Of a DNA stretch of 58,577 bases, positions 1-10,930 are shown in pieces (within the stretch, counting starts at the first letter, position 1; the number at the start of each line of letters is the position of its first letter). Position numbers and translations under genes: made by a program. Source of the stretch: an uncultured Anaerolineaceae bacterium. GTDB taxonomy: Bacteria; Chloroflexota; Dehalococcoidia; Tepidiformales; Tepidiformaceae. The DNA lies in contig CAZHMF010000003.1 of NCBI GenBank assembly GCA_964533605.1, positions 1-58,577 of the forward strand. The letters run 5' to 3'. The notes beneath the pieces are model-generated. The model saw only the letters and a program-made list of their open reading frames with translations. It did not search any database and was not told the origin of the DNA.

Positions 1-125
1 CGGGGGGGCCGGGGTCGGGCGGGGCGCCCGCCAGGCCGGGGGGGGCGGCGGCCCCCTGGTGGTGGGGCGCCCCGCGGGGGAGCCGCGCCGGCACCGAAGT
101 GGATCCTTTTCTCTGCAGCCGCGGC

Positions 126-581
126 CTACCTTTTGGCGGCCTGCTCCTTACGGGCCAGCGCCTTCGCGAGGGCACGTCCCCTGTCGGGCGTCGGGTCGGT
201 AACGAGGCCGTAGATATCGCGGCCTTCATGACCTTCCGGCAGGTACTCAGTGATCGGGAGGCCCTCGTCGTTCACGAATAGAAGGCAGTGGCAGTACTTG
301 TAGATCTGCATCTCGTCACAGGCGCAGATCCAGGTTCGCCGCTTCGCCTCTTCGTCCTTGGGAAGGTAGAGTCCGTCGGGGTAGTTGCCGTCCTCGTCCT
401 TCGACGGATAGAAGTTGCAGGGACAGATCGGACGCCCGTACTGATCGATGTGCGAGGCGAGCCCGAGCACCACTCCCTCCGTGACGAATCGATCGGGGTG
501 AAGCTTCGTTCCCGACTTGGTGGCGAAGGCCTCTGCATACTTCCACATCTTGTCCAGCGAAGCCTGACTGGGCTGCTCCAT
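126..581 (-). CDS. ferredoxin:thioredoxin reductase catalytic-subunit-like iron-sulfur protein
   Basis: ORF 126..662(-). Cys motifs ICPCNFY ... WICACDEMQIYKYCHCLLF (CPC / CxC-X8-CHC) match the FTR catalytic chain. Start moved to the internal ATG (MEQPSQ) at 581. Confidence 0.75.
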   Translation of the reverse strand: MEQPSQASLDKMWKYAEAFATKSGTKLHPDRFVTEGVVLGLASHIDQYGRPICPCNFYPSKDEDGNYPDGLYLPKDEEAKRRTWICACDEMQIYKYCHCLLFVNDEGLPITEYLPEGHEGRDIYGLVTDPTPDRGRALAKALARKEQAAKR

Positions 582-670
582 GGTTGCTCTCCGTTTCTCG
601 TGGTTCCGGTCGGGAAGCCGCAGGGCGGTCCCCCATCCGTCTCTGACCGTCGCCCGGGCCACTCTCGCCG

Positions 671-1417
671 TTACGAAATCGCCGGGCGACGGAAATGCAC
701 GTCTTCACCGTAGCACTGGAACTTCAGCCTGGCGGCGATCCTCCGTGACGCGGTGTTGTCCCATGTCGTCGAGTAGAAGGCCAGACGCCCTTCGGCCTGG
801 ACCGCCGCCGCCCAGGCTGCGACCGTCGCAGTGGCGAACCCCCGGCCGCGGGCCGCGGGCAGGGTCTCCACTCCGGCCTCGGCACCCTGTCCCGCCGATC
901 GGGCGGAATGACAGACGGAAACGACCTCTGTCCCTCCCTCCGCGTCGGGAATGACGGTGACCGGCAAGGCGCTCGCCGGGAGTTCGGCGATCCAGGAAAG
1001 GGGTCCCGACACCTTCGCCGGGAGGTCCCCGACCGACCGGATGACCTGTACTTCGGCGACCGGCCGGATCTGGCCTGCGGCGACGAAGGCGGGGCCCCGG
1101 TATGGGATCTCGCCTTCGCCGGAGAATCCACCGGGATCCGTGGCGGGGGCGAGGCCAGGCGGCTCGAGCTCCGCCGCGGTCAGGTCGGCGACCGTCGCGA
1201 GCCTGCGAAACTGCGACTCTACTGCCGGCGCCGCGCGCCGTTCGGATTCGTGGATGGCCCAGCGATTCCCCTCCATCGTGCGGACCAGATGCACGTTGGG
1301 CGAGGTCACCTCCGGATCGCGAGAAGCCGTGATGAAGCCGTCTTCGCTCAGCCTGTAGAGGATGTCGAGGTGCGTCTCGGCGAGTTCGGTGACTGCGGGC
1401 AGGACGATTTCCCTCAC
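671..1417 (-). CDS. GNAT-family N-acetyltransferase (C-terminal GNAT fold, N-terminal domain unknown)
   Basis: ORF 671..1417(-). The C-terminal GVETLPAARGRGFATATVAAWAAAVQAEG...FYSTTWDNTASRRIAARLKF resembles the acetyl-CoA binding segment of GNATs. Confidence 0.6.
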   Translation of the reverse strand: MREIVLPAVTELAETHLDILYRLSEDGFITASRDPEVTSPNVHLVRTMEGNRWAIHESERRAAPAVESQFRRLATVADLTAAELEPPGLAPATDPGGFSGEGEIPYRGPAFVAAGQIRPVAEVQVIRSVGDLPAKVSGPLSWIAELPASALPVTVIPDAEGGTEVVSVCHSARSAGQGAEAGVETLPAARGRGFATATVAAWAAAVQAEGRLAFYSTTWDNTASRRIAARLKFQCYGEDVHFRRPAIS

Positions 1418-1546
1418 CTCTCGGACCCGCAGCCGGGGTCGGCGGTCGCCTCGCAGACCCCTCCGGTGAGCCCTGGTGGTGGGGGCCGTTGGGGCGCGCG
1501 GGAGGAGTGCTTGACCTCTCCCGGTTCCGGGTGCCGGTGCCGTTTC

Positions 1547-1623
1547 TGGTGGGCGATGAGGGACTCGAACCCCCGGCCTTCTCGGTGTAAACGAGACGCT
1601 CTAGCCAGCTGAGCTAATCGCCC
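1547..1623 (-). tRNA. tRNA-Val (anticodon UAC), CCA encoded
   Basis: The reverse complement reads GGGCGATTAGCTCAGCTGGCTAGAGCGTCTCGTTTACACCGAGAAGGCCGGGGGTTCGAGTCCCTCATCGCCCACCA. It folds by hand into a full cloverleaf with anticodon loop TTTACAC. Confidence 0.92.
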
Positions 1624-1652
1624 CCGCGGTCAGTGTAGCGCCGGGCCTCAGC

Positions 1653-2678
1653 TCAGGCTCGCGCAACCGCCATCGCCTCGAATGCCCGGTTCAGTCCTGC
1701 GAGCTCCAACCTCGGAACGCGCTGTTCCCTCAGCCAGCGAGCGAACCCCTCTTCATCCCAGGTACCGTGTCTCGAAAGGGGCTCCAGGTCGGCGTACGAA
1801 TCGGCTGCCGCTCGGAGATCCATAAGCTCCCGGTTCCGCTTCACGATACGCCGCGCTTCCCCCGAACGTATCGCGCCCTCCAGTTTCACGTTGCGGCGCC
1901 CGAGGACCGAGACGACGAGACCCGGATCGTCGAGATACGCGTCCAGTGGATTGCCGGCGAGGAGCCGGGCGGCGGTGATGGCACCGGCACCGGGGACGCC
2001 CGGGAGGTCGTCGCTCGCATCCCCGCTCGTCACGCGAAAGTCGAGGTAACGCTCCCTCGGAAACGGGATCGCTGTTCCGCCCGAGGTCCGCGGCGCCGTC
2101 AGCTCGGAGAAATTGGCCGCACTGACGACCATCCTCTTCACCGGCGAGTAGATGCTCACTCTCTCATCTACGAGCTGAAGGAAGTCCTTGTCACTCGAAG
2201 CAATCCTTGCCGCTCCGGGAAATTGAAGCGTCAGCGCTGCTGCCAGATCATCCGCCTCGGTGTTGAGCCCCCGGAGAACTCGGCAGGGAAGGGTTGCTGC
2301 GAGCTCCATGAACTGCTCGATCGCCGCGACAACGGCGGGCTCGTTGTCCATGAAGCTGGCCGTCTCCTCCCTCCCGGTCTGGTAGGGGGGGAACAGGGCC
2401 CGGCGCCGCAGCGGACGCCCTTCATCGAACGTCACGGCGAGGCCGGTGATTGATCCGGGATCGCCCGGGCGATCGGGCGGCTCGCCTCCGCGCGCCACCA
2501 GCCCGAGGACGGACTGAACGAGCCCCACGAGCGCCGCTCGGGTCTTACGCTCCTCGGTGTCCATCCCCATCGACTTTCCGAGGGCAAAGAATCCGGCCCA
2601 GGCGAGGTTGTTGCCATCGACGATCAGGAGCACTTCCCCAGTATCCGGGACCCCTGGGGGTTGGACCACCTGCAGCAT
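1653..2678 (-). CDS. stand-alone 5'-3' exonuclease / flap endonuclease (Pol I N-terminal-domain-like)
   Basis: ORF 1653..2705(-). Motifs LLIVDGNNLAWAGFFA, NTEADDLAA, SSDKDFLQLV and H3TH-like DDLPGVPGAGAITAARLL. The start is either ATG 2678 or the ORF start at 2705. Confidence 0.75.
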   Translation of the reverse strand: MLQVVQPPGVPDTGEVLLIVDGNNLAWAGFFALGKSMGMDTEERKTRAALVGLVQSVLGLVARGGEPPDRPGDPGSITGLAVTFDEGRPLRRRALFPPYQTGREETASFMDNEPAVVAAIEQFMELAATLPCRVLRGLNTEADDLAAALTLQFPGAARIASSDKDFLQLVDERVSIYSPVKRMVVSAANFSELTAPRTSGGTAIPFPRERYLDFRVTSGDASDDLPGVPGAGAITAARLLAGNPLDAYLDDPGLVVSVLGRRNVKLEGAIRSGEARRIVKRNRELMDLRAAADSYADLEPLSRHGTWDEEGFARWLREQRVPRLELAGLNRAFEAMAVARA

Positions 2679-2750
2679 CCCGCCGTTTCCTCGGAGAGCG
2701 ATCACCAGACGGCGCGGCGCTTCGTTCCCCTCCGGTTTACCATCGAGGGG

Positions 2751-3899
2751 ATGAATCCGTTGCGCGTCGCCGTTCTCGGCTCGACCGGCTCAATCGGCCG
2801 TCAGGCACTCGATGTCATCGGCCGGCTCCCCGAACGGTTCCGGGCCGTTGGTCTCGCGGCTGGGTCGAACACGAGTGAGCTCGCACGGCAGGTTGCGACC
2901 GTCCGTCCGGCCTACGCCTGGGCCGGACACAAGGATCAGCCGCTCGAAGACTCTCTGGCAGGCACCGGCAGTTGCTGGCTCTCGCCGGCCGAGATGGTCC
3001 TTCAGGGGGACGTGGACCTTATCCTCGTGGGCACTGCCGGGGCCGCCGGACTGAGGCCGACGCTGAATGCTCTCGGAGCGGGGAAGCCGGTTGCCATCGC
3101 CAACAAAGAGGTGCTCGTCATGGCCGGACATCTCGTTCGGGCGGCGATGACCGTGCCTGATCAGCTCCGCCCCGTCGACAGCGAGCACTCGGCGATCTGG
3201 CAGTGCCTCTGGGGCGAAGAGGGCCACGGGATCAGACGGATCCTTCTCACGGCCAGCGGCGGCGCTTTCCGCGATTTCAACCTCGAATCGCTTCGCGCCG
3301 TGACCCCCGAACAGGCCCTGAACCACCCGACCTGGAACATGGGACAAAAGATCACAGTCGACAGCGCGACACTGATGAACAAGGGGATGGAGACGATCGA
3401 AGCGATGTGGCTGTTCGACGTGCCGATGGACTCCGTGGAAGTCGTGCTCCACCGCGAGTCGATCGTCCACTCGCTCGTCGAGTTCAGCGATGGAAGCGTA
3501 AAGGCTCAGTTGGGGGTGCCCGACATGCGTCTCCCGATCCAGTGCGCCCTCGCATACCCTGAACGCATGCCGTTGCCTCCTGCCCCCGCCCTCGACCTGG
3601 CGGCCGTTGGATCGCTCACCTTCGGTAAGCCCGATACGGATCGGTTTCCCTGCCTGGAGCTCGCAATGGAGGCCGGGCGGCGGGGCGGAACCTACCCGGC
3701 AGTTCTTGCGGCCGCCGACGAGGTCGCCGTCGAGCACTTCCTTCGCGGGCAAACGGGCTTCCTCGACATTCCCGGAATTGTGGAGGCTGTGCTGGAAAGT
3801 CATTCACCAGCCGCCGAACCGGATCTTGTTCAGGTGCTCGAGGCCGACTCCTGGGCCCGCGAGACGGCTGCCGAAGAGGCCAGGGCGGCGGTGCGTTAA
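2751..3899 (+). CDS. dxr: 1-deoxy-D-xylulose 5-phosphate reductoisomerase
   Basis: ORF 2661..3899(+). MNPLRVAVLGSTGSIGRQALDV NADPH-binding N-terminus, plus ANKE, DSEHSAIWQC and NHPTWNMG motifs. Start taken at ATG 2751. Confidence 0.92.
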   Translation: MNPLRVAVLGSTGSIGRQALDVIGRLPERFRAVGLAAGSNTSELARQVATVRPAYAWAGHKDQPLEDSLAGTGSCWLSPAEMVLQGDVDLILVGTAGAAGLRPTLNALGAGKPVAIANKEVLVMAGHLVRAAMTVPDQLRPVDSEHSAIWQCLWGEEGHGIRRILLTASGGAFRDFNLESLRAVTPEQALNHPTWNMGQKITVDSATLMNKGMETIEAMWLFDVPMDSVEVVLHRESIVHSLVEFSDGSVKAQLGVPDMRLPIQCALAYPERMPLPPAPALDLAAVGSLTFGKPDTDRFPCLELAMEAGRRGGTYPAVLAAADEVAVEHFLRGQTGFLDIPGIVEAVLESHSPAAEPDLVQVLEADSWARETAAEEARAAVR

Positions 3900-5083
3900 T
3901 GGATCTCTTCTCGGGGGGGCAGTCGTTCTTCTTCGCCGCCGGCCTCTTTATCGCTCTTCTCGTTCCCCTCGTCGTGATCCACGAATTCGGTCATTTCATC
4001 GCTGCGAAGCTGTTCGGTATCAAAGTGCTGGAATTCGGCATCGGCTTCCCCCCGAAGGTGCGGGGCTGGCAGTTTGGTGAAACCGAGTATTCCCTCAACT
4101 GGCTCCCGATCGGTGGATTCGTCCGGCTACTGGGAGAGGAAGACCCATCCGATCCCCGTTCATTGGCTGCCGCTGCTGCCTGGAAGCGCCTGCTCGTTCT
4201 GTTCGCCGGTGTTGCCATGAACGTGGTCCTTGCGATCGGGCTGCTCACGGCCAGCTTCATGATCCCGCGCGACCGTAGTCTTTCCATGGCACAGATCGTC
4301 GAGGTCGTGCCCGGCGCACCCGCCTCCGAAGCGCGAATTGAGGGCGAAATGAGGGACGGGAGCGAGCCGCTTCAGGGTCTCCAGACCGGGGATATCGTTA
4401 TGGAGGTCGAAGGCCGAGAGGTCCGCAACATCCAGGAGATGATCTTCGCCAACCGCCTGAATCTCGGAGAGACGCAGACGTGGTCGATCGTTCGCCAGAA
4501 CTCCTCGCTCACGGCTCATGTCTACGCTCGCTGGCATCCGCCTCCGGGGCAGGGTCCGACCGGCGTACGGATCGGGGCGCCGCTGATCTGCGCCGGCGTC
4601 GACGACGAGGGTCAGGCCACCGATTGTCAGCTCCGGTTCCCGATGACCGAGAACGTCTGGTACTGGCCCTGGGAGGCGATTCCCCGCAGCTTCGGCGCGC
4701 TGTCGGACATCGTCGTGCTCAACGTGAATGAGATCCGCGTCCGCTTCGGTGGTGGCGGCGGCGGCGCTGCTACGGAGGACGAACCGTTCCTCCAGGGACC
4801 CGTCGGGCTGGCCAATACCACGCTCGATGTCGTCGATAGCTCCGGCTGGCGCCCTCTCATCGAGATGGCAGCGCTCTTCAGCCTCAACCTGGCGATCTTC
4901 AATGCCCTCCCACTTCCCATGCTGGATGGTGGGCGAGCCATGTTCGTCGGTATCGAAATCCTCCGCGGAGGGCGGCGCGTGGCTCCTCAGAAGGAAGCGT
5001 TCATCCACTTCCTGGGGTTCGTCGGCCTGATGGCGATAGTCATCTTTATCACGTTCTTCGACATCCGCAGACTCGTCACCTGA
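3899..5083 (+). CDS. rseP: RIP (site-2) zinc metalloprotease, M50 family
   Basis: HEFGH motif in the first TM segment (VIHEFGHFIAAKLFG), a central PDZ-like region and a C-terminal NALPLPMLDGG motif. Its ATG overlaps the dxr TAA by 1 nt. Confidence 0.85.
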   Translation: MDLFSGGQSFFFAAGLFIALLVPLVVIHEFGHFIAAKLFGIKVLEFGIGFPPKVRGWQFGETEYSLNWLPIGGFVRLLGEEDPSDPRSLAAAAAWKRLLVLFAGVAMNVVLAIGLLTASFMIPRDRSLSMAQIVEVVPGAPASEARIEGEMRDGSEPLQGLQTGDIVMEVEGREVRNIQEMIFANRLNLGETQTWSIVRQNSSLTAHVYARWHPPPGQGPTGVRIGAPLICAGVDDEGQATDCQLRFPMTENVWYWPWEAIPRSFGALSDIVVLNVNEIRVRFGGGGGGAATEDEPFLQGPVGLANTTLDVVDSSGWRPLIEMAALFSLNLAIFNALPLPMLDGGRAMFVGIEILRGGRRVAPQKEAFIHFLGFVGLMAIVIFITFFDIRRLVT

Positions 5084-5087
5084 CGCG

Positions 5088-5384
5088 TTGTTCACGCTCA
5101 TCTTCCTCAGTCTCTTTCTGATTGCCTGGGCCGCCTGCGGCGCCCTCGTCTGGCTCGTCGCGTCCGTGGCGACGCGGGGCGAGGCCGGGCTCCTCACCCT
5201 CCCTCTGGGGATCGCCAGCGGACCGATCGGCGGGCTGGCCGTGCCCTTGTTTATCCGGGAGGATGGGATCGGGATCTGGCTCAGCATGGCCGCAGCGGTA
5301 GCCCTTCCCGCTCTCGTGGTGGGCTCGCGCCTGTTTGTACGGCAGCTTCCTCCGCGAGCGGGCTCAGGCGAGGAAAGATCTTGA
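5088..5384 (+). CDS. small hydrophobic membrane protein, function unknown
   Basis: 98-aa ORF with a TTG start and three predicted hydrophobic helices. Third codon positions are GC-rich. No recognisable motif. Confidence 0.4.
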   Translation: MFTLIFLSLFLIAWAACGALVWLVASVATRGEAGLLTLPLGIASGPIGGLAVPLFIREDGIGIWLSMAAAVALPALVVGSRLFVRQLPPRAGSGEERS

Positions 5385-5393
5385 GGTTCTGGT

Positions 5394-6314
5394 ATGAAAC
5401 GGCTCGCTCTCTCCACGATGTACGCACAACAGGAGAGGTTCGACGACGGGGGAGCGTTCGCCCGCTATGCTGCCGCCGCCGGATATGACGCAATTGAGAT
5501 AAGCCATTCGACGGATGAGACGAAGCTCCGCCGGATCATCGACGAAGGCGCTCTTCCCATCACGTCGATCCACCAACCTGCCCCACGGTCTCGCCTTGCC
5601 GACGGCCGCTGGAACGGGAAGCTGAACCTGGCATCGCTTGATCCGGAGGAGCGTGCCGCTGCCGTCGACCATGCGAAAGAGAGCCTCGGCTGGGCCGCCT
5701 CTCTCGGATCCACGCACCTTGTCGTCCACCTCGGGCAGGTCACAGACGTCGGGGAACAGTTTTCCCAGGAGCGGGAGATGCGCCGCCTCTTCGATGCGGG
5801 CCGGCAGGATGAGGAGCACTTCCTGGAGCTGCACAAACTGGTCGTTGAGCGGCGCCACAAGGCTTGCGAGCCGCATCTCGACGCTGCTCGCGCGTCACTG
5901 CTCGAGCTCGTTGCGGCGGCACGCCCGTCGGGGGTCATCATCGGACTGGAGAACCGCTACCATTTCCACGAAATACCGCTCCCCGGCGAGTACGAGTTCT
6001 TGCTCCAGGGCCTTGACCGCGAGGAGGCCGGCTACTGGCACGACAGCGGACATGCTGAGGTCCTTCACCGGCTCGGCTTCGTCGACAGATCCGCCTGGCT
6101 TTCCACTCTCTCGTCTCGCTGCGTGGGTGCCCATCTCCACGACGTGATCGGCATCGGCGACCATCGTGCTCCCGGCGACGGCGACGTCGAGTGGGGCTAC
6201 ATCGTCGATGGAGTAAAGCACCTCGAAGCATTCACCCTGGAGATAAACCAGTACCAGAGTGACGAGCAGGTCGAGGCGGCGATCCGATTCCTCGAAGGCA
6301 TCGGGCTCCGATAA
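5394..6314 (+). CDS. sugar phosphate isomerase/epimerase (xylose-isomerase-like TIM barrel)
   Basis: Pattern GYDAIEIS ... HLVVHLG ... IGLENRYH ... HDSGHA ... HLHD typical of the AP_endonuc_2 / TIM-barrel family. Confidence 0.6.
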   Translation: MKRLALSTMYAQQERFDDGGAFARYAAAAGYDAIEISHSTDETKLRRIIDEGALPITSIHQPAPRSRLADGRWNGKLNLASLDPEERAAAVDHAKESLGWAASLGSTHLVVHLGQVTDVGEQFSQEREMRRLFDAGRQDEEHFLELHKLVVERRHKACEPHLDAARASLLELVAAARPSGVIIGLENRYHFHEIPLPGEYEFLLQGLDREEAGYWHDSGHAEVLHRLGFVDRSAWLSTLSSRCVGAHLHDVIGIGDHRAPGDGDVEWGYIVDGVKHLEAFTLEINQYQSDEQVEAAIRFLEGIGLR

Positions 6315-6375
6315 CCCGACCTGCGAGAAGAGCCCAGGGAGCGCTTCTGCGCTCACCGACCGGCTTCCCGGCCGT

Positions 6376-7236
6376 TCAGAAGCTCACGTCCAGCCCAATG
6401 TCGAGCGCAGGGGCGCTGTGGGTGAGCGCACCGACGGAGATCGCATCCACGCCCGTCTCGGCTGCCGCCCTAACAGTGTCCAGGGTTATCCCCCCGCTCG
6501 CCTCCAGCTTCGCCTTGTTCCCTGTCATTTCCACGGCTCTCCTCATGTCGGCGGGAGCCATATTGTCCAGAAGGATCCACTCCGGAGCTGCAACAAGGGC
6601 GTCCGCGAGCTGGCTGAGGGAATCGATCTCGATCTCGACCTCGACTCCCGGCGTCCTTCTTCGGACTGACTCGACGGCCTCGGCGATGGTGCTTCCCCGT
6701 TTCGCCACTGCCGCGAGATGGTTGTCCTTGAGCATCGCCATCGAGGCCAGATCCCTCCGGTGATTGACGCCACCGCCGCAGCGCACGGCGTACTTTTCAA
6801 GGTCCCTGAGCAGGGGTGTCGTCTTTCGAGTGTCCAGGATTACCGCTTTCGTGCCCCGGATTCTGTCGACATAAGCAGCTGTGACGGTTGCGATGCCGCT
6901 CAGGCGCTGAAGGATGTTGAGGGCCGACCTTTCGGCCTGGAGGATCGCTCGGAGCGGACCGCCGACCGATGCCACAACGGTGCCTGCAGCGACCCGGTCG
7001 CCGTCTGGCCTCTTCGTCCGAAACTGCGAGGCCTCTCCGAGCGCAGCGAAGATGGCCGCCGCGGCCGGCAGGCCCGCCACCACTCCCTCGGACCTCACAA
7101 CGATGAGGCCGGTCCCGACGAGGTCCTCCGGTACTACTGCCGGCGTGCTCACATCGTCGAACGCCCGATCCTCGTCGAGAATGGCGCGCGCGAGGTCCGC
7201 AAGGACCGAGTCCGGCGGGCTCTCCCCACGGCTCAT
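6376..7236 (-). CDS. nadC: nicotinate-nucleotide (quinolinate) pyrophosphorylase
   Basis: ERSALNILQRLSGIAT, ILDTRKTTP, EKYAVRCGGGVNHR, MLKDNH and a C-terminal EASGGITLDTV. Confidence 0.9.
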   Translation of the reverse strand: MSRGESPPDSVLADLARAILDEDRAFDDVSTPAVVPEDLVGTGLIVVRSEGVVAGLPAAAAIFAALGEASQFRTKRPDGDRVAAGTVVASVGGPLRAILQAERSALNILQRLSGIATVTAAYVDRIRGTKAVILDTRKTTPLLRDLEKYAVRCGGGVNHRRDLASMAMLKDNHLAAVAKRGSTIAEAVESVRRRTPGVEVEIEIDSLSQLADALVAAPEWILLDNMAPADMRRAVEMTGNKAKLEASGGITLDTVRAAAETGVDAISVGALTHSAPALDIGLDVSF

Positions 7237-8756
7237 GCCGACGGAGCCTTGCAGAAGGACTGACGGACACTCCAGCGGGCATCGTCGCGGTCGGGATAGT
7301 CCAACCGGTAGTGAGCGCCTCTGCTCTCCGTTCTCCGAAGCGCCGCCTCCAGAATCAACCTTCCCACAGTGGAGAGACTGCGCTCCTCCAGGTCTTCGAG
7401 CCCGCGGGCGGTTCTTCGCGACGTCGCGCTGTCGAGCAGCGAGATCCCTTCGAGCAGACCCTCCTCAGACCTCGTGATCCCGCCCGCCGACCAGAGCAGG
7501 GACTGGAGCTCGGCCCGGGGGAGGACGCCCGCCGGTCCAGCCAGAGAGATGACGGGGTCCGACGGCGGGGCCGGCTCCCGGTCGCCGCGCCTGATCGAAT
7601 CCACGGCCCGGCGCGCGAATACCACGGTTTCCAGCAGCGAATTGCTCGCGAGTCTGTTGGCGCCGTGGACACCCGTCGACGCCGCCTCGCCGCAGGCGTA
7701 TAGCCCGGGCAAGGTGGTTCTGCCCCAGACGTCCGTCCGGATCCCTCCCATGAAGTAGTGAGCGGCCGGCGCGACCGGGATCGGATCTGTCCGGAGGTCG
7801 ATCCCGACTTCCCGACAGAACGAGAAGATCCCCGGGAAGCGCACTGCCAGGTCGATATTCGTGAGATGTGTGCAATCGAGGTAGACGTGATCCGTCGCTG
7901 CCGCCCGCATCTCGCTGGCGATCGCCCGCGTGACCACGTCCCGTGGGGCGAGCTCCGCCTGCGGATGATGGCGGCCCATGAAGGGCTCCCCCTCGGCGTT
8001 GCGAAGGATTGCCCCCGCGCCCCGGACGGCCTCGGAGATGAGGAACGGCCGCTGACCTTCGAGCCTGAGGGCCGTCGGGTGGAATTGGAAGAACTCGAGG
8101 TCGCAGACCTCGGCGCCGGCCGCGAAGGCGAGCGCCACGCCGTCGCCCGTCGCAACTTCAGGGTTCGTCGTGAAGCTGAACAGCTGCCCGGCCCCACCGG
8201 TGGCGATGATCACGGCGCCGGCCGCGATGGCGCGAACCTCGTCGTCGCTGACCGTCTCGACCCCCACGGCGCGTCCTTTCTCGACGAGAATCCGCGTCAC
8301 GAATGTCTCCGTCCGGACGTTGACTGATTGCGTTCGCGAGGCGCCCGCGAGCGCGGTCTCGATCGCTTCTCCAGTTCGGTCCCCTCCGGCGTGCAGGACC
8401 CTCGGCAGCGAGTGGGCCGCCTCCAGTGCGAGGTCAACGCGCCCCTCCGTGGTCAGATCGAAGCTGACGCCCCTCCGCACGAGCTCGGCGATCGCCTCCG
8501 GTCCTTCGCGGCAGAGGACTTTGGCCGCTTCCTCGTCCACCAGTCCCGCGCCGGCCGCGATGGTGTCTTTGAGATGACGCTCAGGCGTGTCGAGCTCGCC
8601 GACCGCGGCGGCGATCCCTCCCTGTGCCCAGTTTGTGCTGGCGTCGGACAGGCCGGCCTTCGTGACTACGAGAACACGCCTGTGTCGTTGCAGCTCCAGC
8701 GCCGCGAAGAGGCCCGCGGAACCGCTGCCGACGACGACTGCATCGAAGCTGCTCAT
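7233..8756 (-). CDS. nadB: L-aspartate oxidase
   Basis: FAD-binding N-terminus FDAVVVGSGSAGLFAAL, plus HPTAL, GGIRTD, LYACGEAASTGVHGANRLASNSLLE. Overlaps the nadC start by 4 nt. Confidence 0.92.
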   Translation of the reverse strand: MSSFDAVVVGSGSAGLFAALELQRHRRVLVVTKAGLSDASTNWAQGGIAAAVGELDTPERHLKDTIAAGAGLVDEEAAKVLCREGPEAIAELVRRGVSFDLTTEGRVDLALEAAHSLPRVLHAGGDRTGEAIETALAGASRTQSVNVRTETFVTRILVEKGRAVGVETVSDDEVRAIAAGAVIIATGGAGQLFSFTTNPEVATGDGVALAFAAGAEVCDLEFFQFHPTALRLEGQRPFLISEAVRGAGAILRNAEGEPFMGRHHPQAELAPRDVVTRAIASEMRAAATDHVYLDCTHLTNIDLAVRFPGIFSFCREVGIDLRTDPIPVAPAAHYFMGGIRTDVWGRTTLPGLYACGEAASTGVHGANRLASNSLLETVVFARRAVDSIRRGDREPAPPSDPVISLAGPAGVLPRAELQSLLWSAGGITRSEEGLLEGISLLDSATSRRTARGLEDLEERSLSTVGRLILEAALRRTESRGAHYRLDYPDRDDARWSVRQSFCKAPSA

Positions 8757-8813
8757 CAGAATCCGTCCCCTGCAGAGCCGTTGCCGCTCGCCGGGTCAGC
8801 CGCGGCCCGTGTG

Positions 8814-8838
8814 ACTTAGTGTAGATTCTACACTAAGT
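8814..8838. promoter_or_regulatory. perfect 25-bp palindrome ACTTAGTGTAGA-T-TCTACACTAAGT, candidate operator upstream of nadB-nadC
   Basis: Two 12-nt arms with no mismatches, forming an AT-rich island in GC-rich DNA 58 nt upstream of the nadB start. On the nadB strand its centre reads TAGAAT, which is -10-like. Confidence 0.5.
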
Positions 8839-9026
8839 GATCTGGTTGCCCGCCACGCCGCCGGGGAACCGGGTCCCGAAATCGGGGACGGCGCCAGATC
8901 GGTTGGTTTTCGGGCGGCGGTCCGGTCCCGTTCCGGGGGCCCGCCACAGCTGGCACTCCGTTTCGCCTTCCGGTCACCGTGGCTACACTACCGGAGCGTC
9001 CGGGAAGCCGGGCCCTGGAGTGTGAC

Positions 9027-10908
<1,882 letters not shown>

Positions 10909-10930
10909 CAGGCCGTATGGTGGGGCTGCC

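Noticed and set aside
99-281. 60-aa plus-strand ORF at the window start
   Set aside because: It is antisense to the 3' end of the FTR-like gene and has no coding signal of its own.
1418-1652. tRNA-Val as a possible integration site for a genomic island
   Set aside because: There is no integrase, no direct repeat of the tRNA 3' end, and no compositional shift on either side. The flanking genes are ordinary.
4160-5416. 418-aa minus-strand ORF, and similar ORFs at 9493..10638, 20934..22151, 28924..30210, 52325..53704 and 2790..3803
   Set aside because: Each lies opposite a confidently identified gene (rseP, eno, the SBP, ribBA, the radical SAM gene, dxr) and has no motifs. They are treated as GC-driven artefacts.
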